From an uncultured Bacteroidia bacterium (lineage in GTDB: Bacteria > Bacteroidota > Bacteroidia > Palsa-948): a DNA stretch of 64,000 nucleotides. A program made the position numbers and the translations under genes. The notes under the pieces were generated by a model, which saw only the letters and a list, made by a program, of their open reading frames with translations, was not told the DNA's origin and did no database searches. The stretch lies in NCBI GenBank assembly GCA_964481195.1, contig CAYZTB010000002.1, positions 66,214 to 130,213 of the forward strand, written 5' to 3'. Shown piece after piece: positions 10,027 through 18,038 of this stretch (positions are counted from its first letter, which is position 1; the number at the start of each line of letters is the position of its first letter).

Positions 10027-11163
10027 ATGAAACCATTTGATGTTTACCCACTTCTGAATGTTGAACCTGTAAAGGCGCAAGGCTGCTGGTTGTGGGATAA
10101 AGACGGGAACAAGTATTTGGATTTGTATGGAGGTCATGCTGTAATTTCTATTGGTCACACGCACCCGCACTATGTAAAAAAGATTGAAGAGCAATTAGGT
10201 AAGATTGGCTTTTATTCTAACTCTGTTAAAATACCTATTCAAGAAGAGCTTGCTAAAAAACTAGGAGAGTTGTCGGGCTATTCTGATTACGATTTATTTT
10301 TATGTAACAGCGGAGCAGAGGCAAACGAAAATGCATTGAAGCTCGCCTCTTTTCACACCAAGCGCAAAAAAATTATAGCCTTCAGCAAAGCCTTTCATGG
10401 GCGCACTTCGCTAGCTGTGGCTGCAACAGACAATAAGTCAATCATTGCGCCAATAAATGAAACCGATAACATAGCTTTCCTTCCTTTTAATGATGAAGCA
10501 GCACTTGAAAGCGCAATGGATGATGCCCTTTGTGCGGTTATTATAGAAGGAATGCAGGGAGTAGGAGGGGTGCAAGTCCCAACAGATTCTTTTCTAAATA
10601 AAATAAGATCACTTTGTGATAAAGTAGGTGCTATATTTATTATGGATGAAGTGCAATCTGGTTATGGACGCAGTGGAAAATTTTTTGCACATCAGTTTTC
10701 GGGAGTAAAGCCAGATATTATTACCACTGCTAAAGGAATGGGAAATGGATTTCCAATTGGCGGAGTTTTGATTAGTCCCAAGTTTGAGCAAACACATTTG
10801 ATGCTGGGCGCCACATTTGGTGGCAATCATTTGGCTTGTGCTGCTGCCATTGCAGTTTTGGATGTTATCAAAAATGAAAAAATGATGATGAATGCAAAGG
10901 CAATTGGTGATTATATGATTTCGGTGCTTAAAAAAATTACAGGAGTTAAAGAAGTAAGAGGAAAAGGTTTGATGATAGGCGTTGAGTTAGAGTTCCCATA
11001 CGAAACTGTTCGAAACGAATTAATTTTTACACATCGCATTTTTACTGGCACATCTGGAAAAAACACCATTCGTTTACTTCCCCCACTTTCCTTGTCTAAA
11101 GAGGAAGCAGAAATATTCCTACATGCTTTTGCTGCTGTAATGAAAAAATCTCTTGTAAAATAA
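10027..11163 (+). CDS. argD: Acetyl/succinyl-ornithine aminotransferase (class III PLP aminotransferase).
   Basis: Class-III aminotransferase signature, Lys in the TTAKGMGNGFPIGG region, and arg-cluster context. Confidence 0.85.
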   Translation: MKPFDVYPLLNVEPVKAQGCWLWDKDGNKYLDLYGGHAVISIGHTHPHYVKKIEEQLGKIGFYSNSVKIPIQEELAKKLGELSGYSDYDLFLCNSGAEANENALKLASFHTKRKKIIAFSKAFHGRTSLAVAATDNKSIIAPINETDNIAFLPFNDEAALESAMDDALCAVIIEGMQGVGGVQVPTDSFLNKIRSLCDKVGAIFIMDEVQSGYGRSGKFFAHQFSGVKPDIITTAKGMGNGFPIGGVLISPKFEQTHLMLGATFGGNHLACAAAIAVLDVIKNEKMMMNAKAIGDYMISVLKKITGVKEVRGKGLMIGVELEFPYETVRNELIFTHRIFTGTSGKNTIRLLPPLSLSKEEAEIFLHAFAAVMKKSLVK

Positions 11164-11166
11164 TCC

Positions 11167-12132
11167 ATGAAGAAATTCACTTCGGTTCAGGATGTAGAAA
11201 ACATCGATCAATTGGTGCTGGAGGCATTGATTGAAAAGAAGTTTCCTTTTGCTAACAAGGAGTTAGGCAGAAACAAAACACTAGGATTACTTTTTCTAAA
11301 TCCTAGCTTGCGTACGCGCTTAAGTACACAACGCGCAGCGCAAAACTTAGGAATGGATGTAATAGTAATGAATTTAGATAAAGAAGCTTGGAGCATTGAA
11401 ACTCAAGATGGTGTTGTTATGGATGGAGGCGCAGCTGAACATATTAAAGAAGCTGCTGCTGTGATAGGGCAGTATTGCGATATATTAGGAGTGCGCTCAT
11501 TTCCAAAACTTCAGAATAGAGAAGAAGATTACAAGGATGAAATGCTAAACAGTTTTATCAAGTACGCAAAGGTCCCAGTTATTAGCTTAGAATCTTCTAT
11601 ACTTCATCCTTTTCAGTCGTTGGCAGACTTAATTACAATTACCGAAACTTGGAATTCAAATCCTACTGCTAAAATTTCTAAACCAAAAGTTGTACTTACT
11701 TGGGCGCCACATGTAAAAAGTTTACCACAAGCAGTGCCAAATTCTTTTTCCGAGTGGATGCTACGTTCCAATGTAGAGTTTGTAATTACACATCCCAAAG
11801 GCTATGAGCTTGCAGATAAGTTTACCAAAGGAGCTTCGGTAGAATATAATCAAGACACAGCTTTCAAAGGAGCGGATTTTATTTATGCAAAAAACTGGTC
11901 ATCTTATACTGATTACGGAAAAATTATTTCTCAGGATAAAAATTGGATGTTAACGAATAAAAAAATGTCACTAACAAACAATGCTAAGTTTATGCATTGC
12001 CTTCCTGTAAGAAGAAATGTAGTGGTTGCAGATGAAGTGTTAGACGGACCCAATTCAATGGTGCTTCAGCAAGCGCAAAACCGAATTTATGCTGCGCAGG
12101 TAATTTTGAAAAAGATTTTGCACGCTCTATGA
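11167..12132 (+). CDS. argF': N-succinyl/N-acetyl-ornithine carbamoyltransferase (ArgF′-type).
   Basis: Carbamoyltransferase motifs SLRTR and HCLP. The overall sequence strongly resembles Bacteroides ArgF′ (MKKFT.VQD…ELGRNKTL…). Confidence 0.8.
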   Translation: MKKFTSVQDVENIDQLVLEALIEKKFPFANKELGRNKTLGLLFLNPSLRTRLSTQRAAQNLGMDVIVMNLDKEAWSIETQDGVVMDGGAAEHIKEAAAVIGQYCDILGVRSFPKLQNREEDYKDEMLNSFIKYAKVPVISLESSILHPFQSLADLITITETWNSNPTAKISKPKVVLTWAPHVKSLPQAVPNSFSEWMLRSNVEFVITHPKGYELADKFTKGASVEYNQDTAFKGADFIYAKNWSSYTDYGKIISQDKNWMLTNKKMSLTNNAKFMHCLPVRRNVVVADEVLDGPNSMVLQQAQNRIYAAQVILKKILHAL

Positions 12133-12911
12133 AAAAATTATTCATTGTAAAGATTGGAGGGAATATTATTGATGATGAGAAACAACTTGCTTCATTCCTA
12201 AATGATTTTGCTTTTTTTACAGATTACAAATTACTTATTCATGGCGGTGGTAAAATTGCTACCGATATCAGCAAGCAATTGGGCATTGAAGCTAACATGG
12301 TAGATGGAAGAAGAATTACAGATGCGGATACACTAAAAGTGGTTCAGATGGTATATGGGGGTCTGATAAACAAAAACATTGTTGCTCAACTCCAAACCAG
12401 AAAATGCAATGCTATTGGATTGACAGGCGCGGATGCGAATATTATTACAGCAAACAAACGTCCCGTAAAAGAAGTTGATTACGGATTTGTTGGAGATGTG
12501 GAAGAAGTAAATGCTAAAAATATTTCAGCACTTCTTGATTCAGAGTTTACTCCTGTGATTGCTCCGCTTACACACGATGGATTGGGGCAAATATTGAATA
12601 CCAATGCAGATACTATGGCTTCGGCAATTTCCGTTGCCATGGCAAAATTGAATGAAGTTCATCTTGTTTATTGTTTTGAAAAAAATGGGGTGTTAAAAAA
12701 TATTGAAGATGAAAACTCAGTTATTTCAACCATGAATTATTCAGAGTACGAAAAATATAAAACCGAAAATATTATTTCCAAAGGCATGATTCCGAAATTG
12801 GATAATGCTTTTGATGCAATTAAGAGTGGAGTAAAATCAGTTTCAATTTGTCATGCAAAAGATTTGGAATACATATTTAAAGAAGAGAAAGCGGGAACTA
12901 AATTATTATGA
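12129..12911 (+). CDS. argB: Acetylglutamate kinase.
   Basis: Amino-acid kinase fold starting VKIGGNII. Overlaps argF′ by 4 nt. Confidence 0.85.
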   Translation: MKKLFIVKIGGNIIDDEKQLASFLNDFAFFTDYKLLIHGGGKIATDISKQLGIEANMVDGRRITDADTLKVVQMVYGGLINKNIVAQLQTRKCNAIGLTGADANIITANKRPVKEVDYGFVGDVEEVNAKNISALLDSEFTPVIAPLTHDGLGQILNTNADTMASAISVAMAKLNEVHLVYCFEKNGVLKNIEDENSVISTMNYSEYEKYKTENIISKGMIPKLDNAFDAIKSGVKSVSICHAKDLEYIFKEEKAGTKLL

Positions 12912-13969
12912 ATTCCAACAATTTATCTATCACAGCAATTGATTTGTTAAAGCAACTAATCGCTATTGAGTCATACAGCGCTCAGGAAGATAAAACAGCA
13001 AATGCCATCGCAGCTTTTTTCGCAAAACACAATATAAAAACACAGCGAAAAGGAAATAATGTGTGGGCAAAAAATACTGACTTCAGTCCTGAAAAACCAA
13101 CCATTTTACTTAACTCACATCACGATACGGTAAAATCTAATGCAGGCTGGACACTAGATCCTTTTCAACCTATTATAAAAGATGAAAAATTATTTGGTCT
13201 CGGGAGCAACGATGCCGGAGGAGCTTTGGTTTCGCTTATTGCAACCTTCCTTAATTATTCAAATAAAAACAATCTCAAGTATAATTTTATTCTTGCAGCA
13301 ACTGCCGAAGAAGAAAATTCAGGAAAGGGAGGCGTAGTATCAATCTTAGAAGAAATTGGGAAAGTAGATTTCGCTATCATTGGGGAGCCAACTGAAATGA
13401 AAATGGCAATAGCCGAAAAAGGATTGATGGTGTTGGATTGTACTGCAAAAGGCAAGGCAGGACATGCTGCACGCGATGTAGGTGAAAATGCAATAACCAA
13501 TGCTATAAAAGATATAGAGTGGTTTCATAGCTATAAATTTCTAAAAGTTTCAAAGTCTCTCGGACCTGTAAAAATGTCAATTACAATTATAAATGCTGGT
13601 AGCCAGCACAATGTAATACCCGACACCTGCAAGTTTACAGTGGATGTTCGCTCCACAGATTCTTATACGAATGAAGAAATTGTTGAAATAATTCGTCAGC
13701 ATGTGAAATGTGAGGTATTGCCTCGTTCAACTAAATTAAATGCATCCGGACTTTCAAAAGATCATTTTGCAATTCAAGCAGCACAAAAATTAGGAATCGA
13801 GACCTTTGGTTCTGCTACTTCTTCCGATATGCCGCTTTGGAATGTTCCTGCCATTAAAATGGGCCCAGGTAAATCAGAGCGCTCTCATACTGCCGATGAG
13901 TTTATCTATTTAAAAGAAATTGAAGAAGGAATTAACATATATATAAAAGTATTGAATCAATTAGTTTAA
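12908..13969 (+). CDS. argE: Acetyl/succinyl-ornithine deacylase (M20 metallopeptidase family).
   Basis: M20 motifs (HHDTV, GSNDAGG, EEENSG). Overlaps argB by 4 nt. Confidence 0.75.
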   Translation: MNSNNLSITAIDLLKQLIAIESYSAQEDKTANAIAAFFAKHNIKTQRKGNNVWAKNTDFSPEKPTILLNSHHDTVKSNAGWTLDPFQPIIKDEKLFGLGSNDAGGALVSLIATFLNYSNKNNLKYNFILAATAEEENSGKGGVVSILEEIGKVDFAIIGEPTEMKMAIAEKGLMVLDCTAKGKAGHAARDVGENAITNAIKDIEWFHSYKFLKVSKSLGPVKMSITIINAGSQHNVIPDTCKFTVDVRSTDSYTNEEIVEIIRQHVKCEVLPRSTKLNASGLSKDHFAIQAAQKLGIETFGSATSSDMPLWNVPAIKMGPGKSERSHTADEFIYLKEIEEGINIYIKVLNQLV

Positions 13970-13989
13970 GAATATTTGTAGTCAATCGA

Positions 13990-14150
13990 TTTTTGAGATT
14001 AATATCTCTTTGTGGATTCTTCGTGGGTTGCACCTTTGTGTTCTTTGTGGTTATGGCTTCGTTCTTCGCAATGTTTCCGAGCATGACTGTGAATAATACA
14101 GAAACCACAGAGTACACGAAGTAAATTTGACGCAAAGAAACGCAAAGAAT
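13990..14150. promoter_or_regulatory. Dyad cluster of CTTTGTG / CGCAAAG heptamer repeats in the argE–argH spacer.
   Basis: Direct repeats ctttgtgg ×3 (14011–14055) are followed by inverted copies (ccacagag, cgcaaagaaacgcaaagaa at 14110–14145). A 230-nt spacer is unusual inside an otherwise overlapping arg operon. Confidence 0.3.
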
Positions 14151-14199
14151 AACAAAAAGAACTACGTTACTAATATTTCATTCGTAAATTCGTATTCCA

Positions 14200-15537
14200 A
14201 TGAAGCTATGGCAAAAGAAAATATCGGTCAACAAGCAAGTTGAAAAATTTACAATAGGTAAAGACCGTGAATTAGATTTGCTGTTAGCCGAGCACGATGT
14301 GTTGGGCTCCATGGCACATGCAAAAATGTTGGTGGAAGCAGGGCTATTAAAAAAAGCTGCACAACAAAAATTGCACAAGGAACTAAAAAGTATTTATCAA
14401 AAAGCCAAATCCGGTAATTTCAAAATTGAAAAAGGCACCGAGGATGTACATTCTCAGGTGGAGTTTATGCTTACCCAAAAACTAGGTGATGTAGGTAAGC
14501 AAATACATTCTGCACGTTCACGTAATGATCAAGTGCTATTAGATGTAGTGTTATTTTCTCGTGCCGAAATAAGCACCCTAGCTCTTCAGGTAAATGAATT
14601 ATTTTCTTTATTAATTAGCCTAAGCGAAAAGCACAAGAAAAAATTATTGCCCGGCTATACGCATTTGCAAGTGGCTATGCCTTCTTCATTTGGACTTTGG
14701 TTTGGTGCTTATGCCGAAAGCTTGAAAGACGATATGAAGTTGTTGCAGGCTACCTTCGATATCATTAACAAAAATCCATTAGGCTCTGCTGCAGGATACG
14801 GTTCATCACTTCCTATCAAACGAAAAGTTACTACAGCACTTTTAGGTTTTGATGGCATGCATCAAAATTCTGTTTATGCACAAATGACTAGAGGTCGAAC
14901 AGAAAAATTAGTAAGTACCGCCATGGCATCAGTAGCATCTACGTTAGGAAAAATGGCAATGGATATTTGTCTGTTCATGAATCAGAATTTTGGATTCGTT
15001 TCTTTTCCCGAAGATCTTACTACAGGCTCTAGCATCATGCCGCATAAAAAAAATCCTGATGTTTTTGAATTAGTACGAGGCAAGTGCAATCATTTGCAGA
15101 CTATTCCACAGCAGATAACTGCTGTTACAGGTAATTTACCATCTGGCTACCATCGGGAATTTCAGCTATTAAAAGAAATATATTTTCCTGCTGTTGGCGA
15201 ACTAAAAAATTGCCTGACGATGATGAGTTTTATGCTTCAGAAAATACAAGTAAAAGGCAACATTCTCCAAGACGATAAATACAAACATCTGTTTAGTGTA
15301 GATGCAGTGAATGAATTAGTAAAAAAAGGAACGCCTTTCCGCGATGCATATAAGCAAGTAGGGGATGATATTGCCGCTGGAAATTTTGTGGTGCCTCAAA
15401 ACATTACTTATACGCACGAAGGCAGCATCGGAAATCTGCAAAACAAAGAGATTAGAAAAGAGATGAGTGGGGTAATGAATAAATTTAATCAGAAATTCCG
15501 AAAAGTGGAGGCTGCGCTCAACAGACTAAGAAAATAA
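14200..15537 (+). CDS. argH: Argininosuccinate lyase.
   Basis: Fumarate-lyase family with the GSSIMPHKKNPD signature. Confidence 0.9.
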   Translation: MKLWQKKISVNKQVEKFTIGKDRELDLLLAEHDVLGSMAHAKMLVEAGLLKKAAQQKLHKELKSIYQKAKSGNFKIEKGTEDVHSQVEFMLTQKLGDVGKQIHSARSRNDQVLLDVVLFSRAEISTLALQVNELFSLLISLSEKHKKKLLPGYTHLQVAMPSSFGLWFGAYAESLKDDMKLLQATFDIINKNPLGSAAGYGSSLPIKRKVTTALLGFDGMHQNSVYAQMTRGRTEKLVSTAMASVASTLGKMAMDICLFMNQNFGFVSFPEDLTTGSSIMPHKKNPDVFELVRGKCNHLQTIPQQITAVTGNLPSGYHREFQLLKEIYFPAVGELKNCLTMMSFMLQKIQVKGNILQDDKYKHLFSVDAVNELVKKGTPFRDAYKQVGDDIAAGNFVVPQNITYTHEGSIGNLQNKEIRKEMSGVMNKFNQKFRKVEAALNRLRK

Positions 15538-16149
15538 TTCTACGATAGACTCTCCCTTTTTTAGAAAGCGGGTAGCAATCCCTAATTTATTTGCCCCCTC
15601 AATATGTTGAATAGAATCATCTATGAAAAGCGTCTCTTCTCTTTTTAGTTTATTTTCTGACAACACATATTCAAAAATTTCAGCATCTGGCTTACGCATT
15701 TTTATTTCATGCGATAGGTAGGTTTTTTCAAACACATCTGAAAACACATCGCGCTTAAATTTATTTTTCATGTATCCCGAAAAAGAATCGTAGTGAATTT
15801 TATTGGTATTGCTGAGTAAGAAAATACGATACTTATTTTTTAAGGCATCCAGTAAATTCACTCTTTCCTCTGGTAGATCCAATAACATAGCATTCCAGGC
15901 TTCGTCAATCTGCTCATCTGGCTTATCAGAGCCTATCACTCTCCTAATTTCAGCTCTAAATTGAGTGGGTGTTATCTGCCCCTTTTCCAGACCATTAAAC
16001 AGGTCATTTTGCATGGCCTGAGAATAGATTTTGCCAAAATCTGTCAACCCCAGCTTGGCAAAAGCCTTTTCGGTAAGGGTATAATCTATATTAAGGATTA
16101 CCCCTCCAAAATCAAAGATGATGTTCTTTATGTTTGTAGGTATACTCAA
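15526..16149 (-). CDS. HAD-superfamily hydrolase (subfamily IA).
   Basis: Motif I FDFGGVIL, motif II SNTN, motif IV FIDDS. Confidence 0.7.
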   Translation of the reverse strand: MSIPTNIKNIIFDFGGVILNIDYTLTEKAFAKLGLTDFGKIYSQAMQNDLFNGLEKGQITPTQFRAEIRRVIGSDKPDEQIDEAWNAMLLDLPEERVNLLDALKNKYRIFLLSNTNKIHYDSFSGYMKNKFKRDVFSDVFEKTYLSHEIKMRKPDAEIFEYVLSENKLKREETLFIDDSIQHIEGANKLGIATRFLKKGESIVELFS

Positions 16150-16285
16150 AGTATTAAATTTGCAGCCTTATTGTCCCTTTGTAATAACATCATTAAAGCA
16201 AAGATAATAATCAGGTCCTTAGTCCCGATAACTATCAGGACTGGTTAGAAGGGAAATATTAAAGAATAAATTGAAATAAATAATC

Positions 16286-16359
16286 GGGCCCTTAGCTCAT
16301 CTGGTTAGAGCAACAGACTCATAATCTGTGGGTGCTAGGTTCAAGTCCTAGAGGGCCCA
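16286..16359 (+). tRNA. tRNA with anticodon CAT (elongator tRNA-Met or lysidine tRNA-Ile2).
   Basis: Manual cloverleaf fold. Acceptor GGGCCCT/AGGGCCC, D-arm GCTC…GAGC, anticodon stem ACAGA/TCTGT with loop CTCATAA (anticodon CAT), T-arm CTAGG-TTCAAGT-CCTAG, discriminator A. The 1:72 G-C pair argues against an initiator tRNA. Confidence 0.8.
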
Positions 16360-16374
16360 CTTCTAAAAGTTAGA

Positions 16375-16407
16375 ACTTCGTGAGTATCACGGAGTTTTTT
16401 CTTTTTT
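16375..16407 (+). terminator. Rho-independent terminator downstream of the tRNA.
   Basis: 9-bp stem acttcgtga / tcacggagt with a GTA loop, followed by TTTTTTCTTTTTT. Confidence 0.7.
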
Positions 16408-16587
16408 ATATTAGAATAGTATAGGATTTGGTTGAACGAATTAGTTGATCCTTCTTTTATTTCAGAGTTAAAAATTTTAGAAGCGCTTTGTATCGGGATT
16501 TTCCGGATGTGTTTTAACTATACATAGGGCGTACAACAAAACGCATTTTCCAATCCGGCCTTCGAGAGCCTCAGGCCTCGGGTTTAG

Positions 16588-16612
16588 AGCTAAATTTGTG
16601 GGCTGAGCTTGT
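16588..16612 (-). terminator. Possible terminator hairpin downstream of the epimerase gene.
   Basis: 7-bp GC-rich stem gtgggct / agcccac with an 11-nt loop, ~46 nt after the stop of the minus-strand gene. The U-tract is weak. Confidence 0.3.
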
Positions 16613-16657
16613 CCAAGCCCACCATAGAATATTTTAAAGTGCATTTTGTCGTACACC

Positions 16658-17056
16658 CTACACAGACTGACACAGCTCCACCAGCACGCCATTGGTGCTT
16701 TTAGGATGTAAAAAGCAAATCAATTTATTGTCTGCTCCTTTCTGAGGCTCTTTGCTTAAGAGGGTAAAGCCTTCTTTTTCTAATCGTGTCATTTCCGCTT
16801 TTATATCCTCTACTTCAAAGGCAATGTGGTGTATGCCTTCGCCTTTTTTCTCAATGAACTTAGCAATGGCACTGTCCGGATTGGTTGCTTCTAATAGCTC
16901 TATTTTAGTTTCCCCCATCTGAAAAAAGGATGTGCTAACTCCTTCGCGCTCTACCGCTTCGGTTTTGTAGGGTTGCTTGCCAAATAACTTTGTGAATAAT
17001 GCATTGGCCGAAGCCATACTTTTTACCGCAATGCCTATGTGTTCAACTTTTTTCAT
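16658..17056 (-). CDS. Methylmalonyl-CoA epimerase (VOC/glyoxalase family).
   Basis: 132 aa. MKKVEHIGIAV… and …GEGIHHIAFEVEDI are typical of MCEE. Confidence 0.8.
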   Translation of the reverse strand: MKKVEHIGIAVKSMASANALFTKLFGKQPYKTEAVEREGVSTSFFQMGETKIELLEATNPDSAIAKFIEKKGEGIHHIAFEVEDIKAEMTRLEKEGFTLLSKEPQKGADNKLICFLHPKSTNGVLVELCQSV

Positions 17057-17118
17057 TCTTCAAAAAAAAACCCTAACGAAATCGTCAGGGGAAAAATTAA
17101 TATTGCTGAATTAAGAAA

Positions 17119-17910
17119 TTATTTCTTAATGAATTCTGCTGTTTTGTTATCGTAGTTTAAGTAGTAAACGCCTTTAGATAAGTTTCCGCAATCCACTACT
17201 TTTCCAAATCCTTTCTTCACTACGTTTCCGTATTGATCGTATATCTCGTATAGTGTTTCTTCAGAGAAGGTAATATCCTTAGACACTTTTACTGGGTTAT
17301 AAGTAATCTCGGCAGAAGTAGAGCGGTATTTTACCGGTCTTGAAATTCTTGGCTGGCTGGAATAGTCAACCTGCTTCACACGAATTTGGTTTTCGCCAGA
17401 GTGTAAAGTTGGTATTTTGAAAACATATTCGTTGTTATCGCCAATTCCTTTTCCTTCAATCTCACCTGCTTTTACCCACTTGTTCCAACGGTATTGCTCA
17501 ATAATGAACGCTAATTTTCCGGTTTCGTTTTTAGTATTCCACTTTAAAGTACCATCGCCTTCTAATTTCATAGATATAACGTCAAAAGTGCTCTTAGGCT
17601 TAAGCACCTCAGGATTAAGCACTTTAGGCTTACAATCATCCTTGTGGGTTATTTTAACGGTAATCTTATCTCCAATCTTAAATTGGTAGTTATTAAAATC
17701 TATTTCGAACGCACTAGAGTTAATCTCATCCGTAGTAACCTGTCCGTTTACTTCTACTTTTTGAACGCAAAAACCTACACCAGAACCCGCAAAAGGATTT
17801 TGAACATAAATGTTTTTGCCCTGATAATTGCCTTCAATAATAATGTTTCCTCCTGAAGCCAGGAAAGAAATACCTAGAAGAGCTTGAATAAGAATTATTG
17901 CTTTTTTCAT
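17119..17910 (-). CDS. Secreted protein with a T9SS type-A C-terminal sorting domain.
   Basis: Signal peptide. C-terminal ~80 aa …LYEIYDQYGNVVKKGFGKVV…GVYYLNYDNKTAEFIKK matches the Por_Secre_tail pattern. Confidence 0.5.
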   Translation of the reverse strand: MKKAIILIQALLGISFLASGGNIIIEGNYQGKNIYVQNPFAGSGVGFCVQKVEVNGQVTTDEINSSAFEIDFNNYQFKIGDKITVKITHKDDCKPKVLNPEVLKPKSTFDVISMKLEGDGTLKWNTKNETGKLAFIIEQYRWNKWVKAGEIEGKGIGDNNEYVFKIPTLHSGENQIRVKQVDYSSQPRISRPVKYRSTSAEITYNPVKVSKDITFSEETLYEIYDQYGNVVKKGFGKVVDCGNLSKGVYYLNYDNKTAEFIKK

Positions 17911-18038
17911 CCGCTTTTATGGGGTCATTATCGCTCCGCAAATATAATACTTTATTGAAATACCAACTTTTTTTCAAAGATATTATATAGTTTTTTCGAG
18001 CTAATAATTACTATTTTTGACCCTATTTTGTAGTCTAT

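Noticed and set aside
13932-14135. A 67-aa minus-strand ORF and a 23-aa plus-strand ORF as an arginine leader peptide.
   Set aside because: The 67-aa ORF overlaps the argE 3′ end and has no features of a gene. The 23-aa peptide has no Arg codons, so a classic attenuation leader is unsupported. It is kept only as part of the spacer finding.
16477-16692. A 71-aa minus-strand ORF.
   Set aside because: It overlaps the epimerase 3′ end and covers a GC-rich hairpin region. It is more likely terminator or ncRNA sequence.
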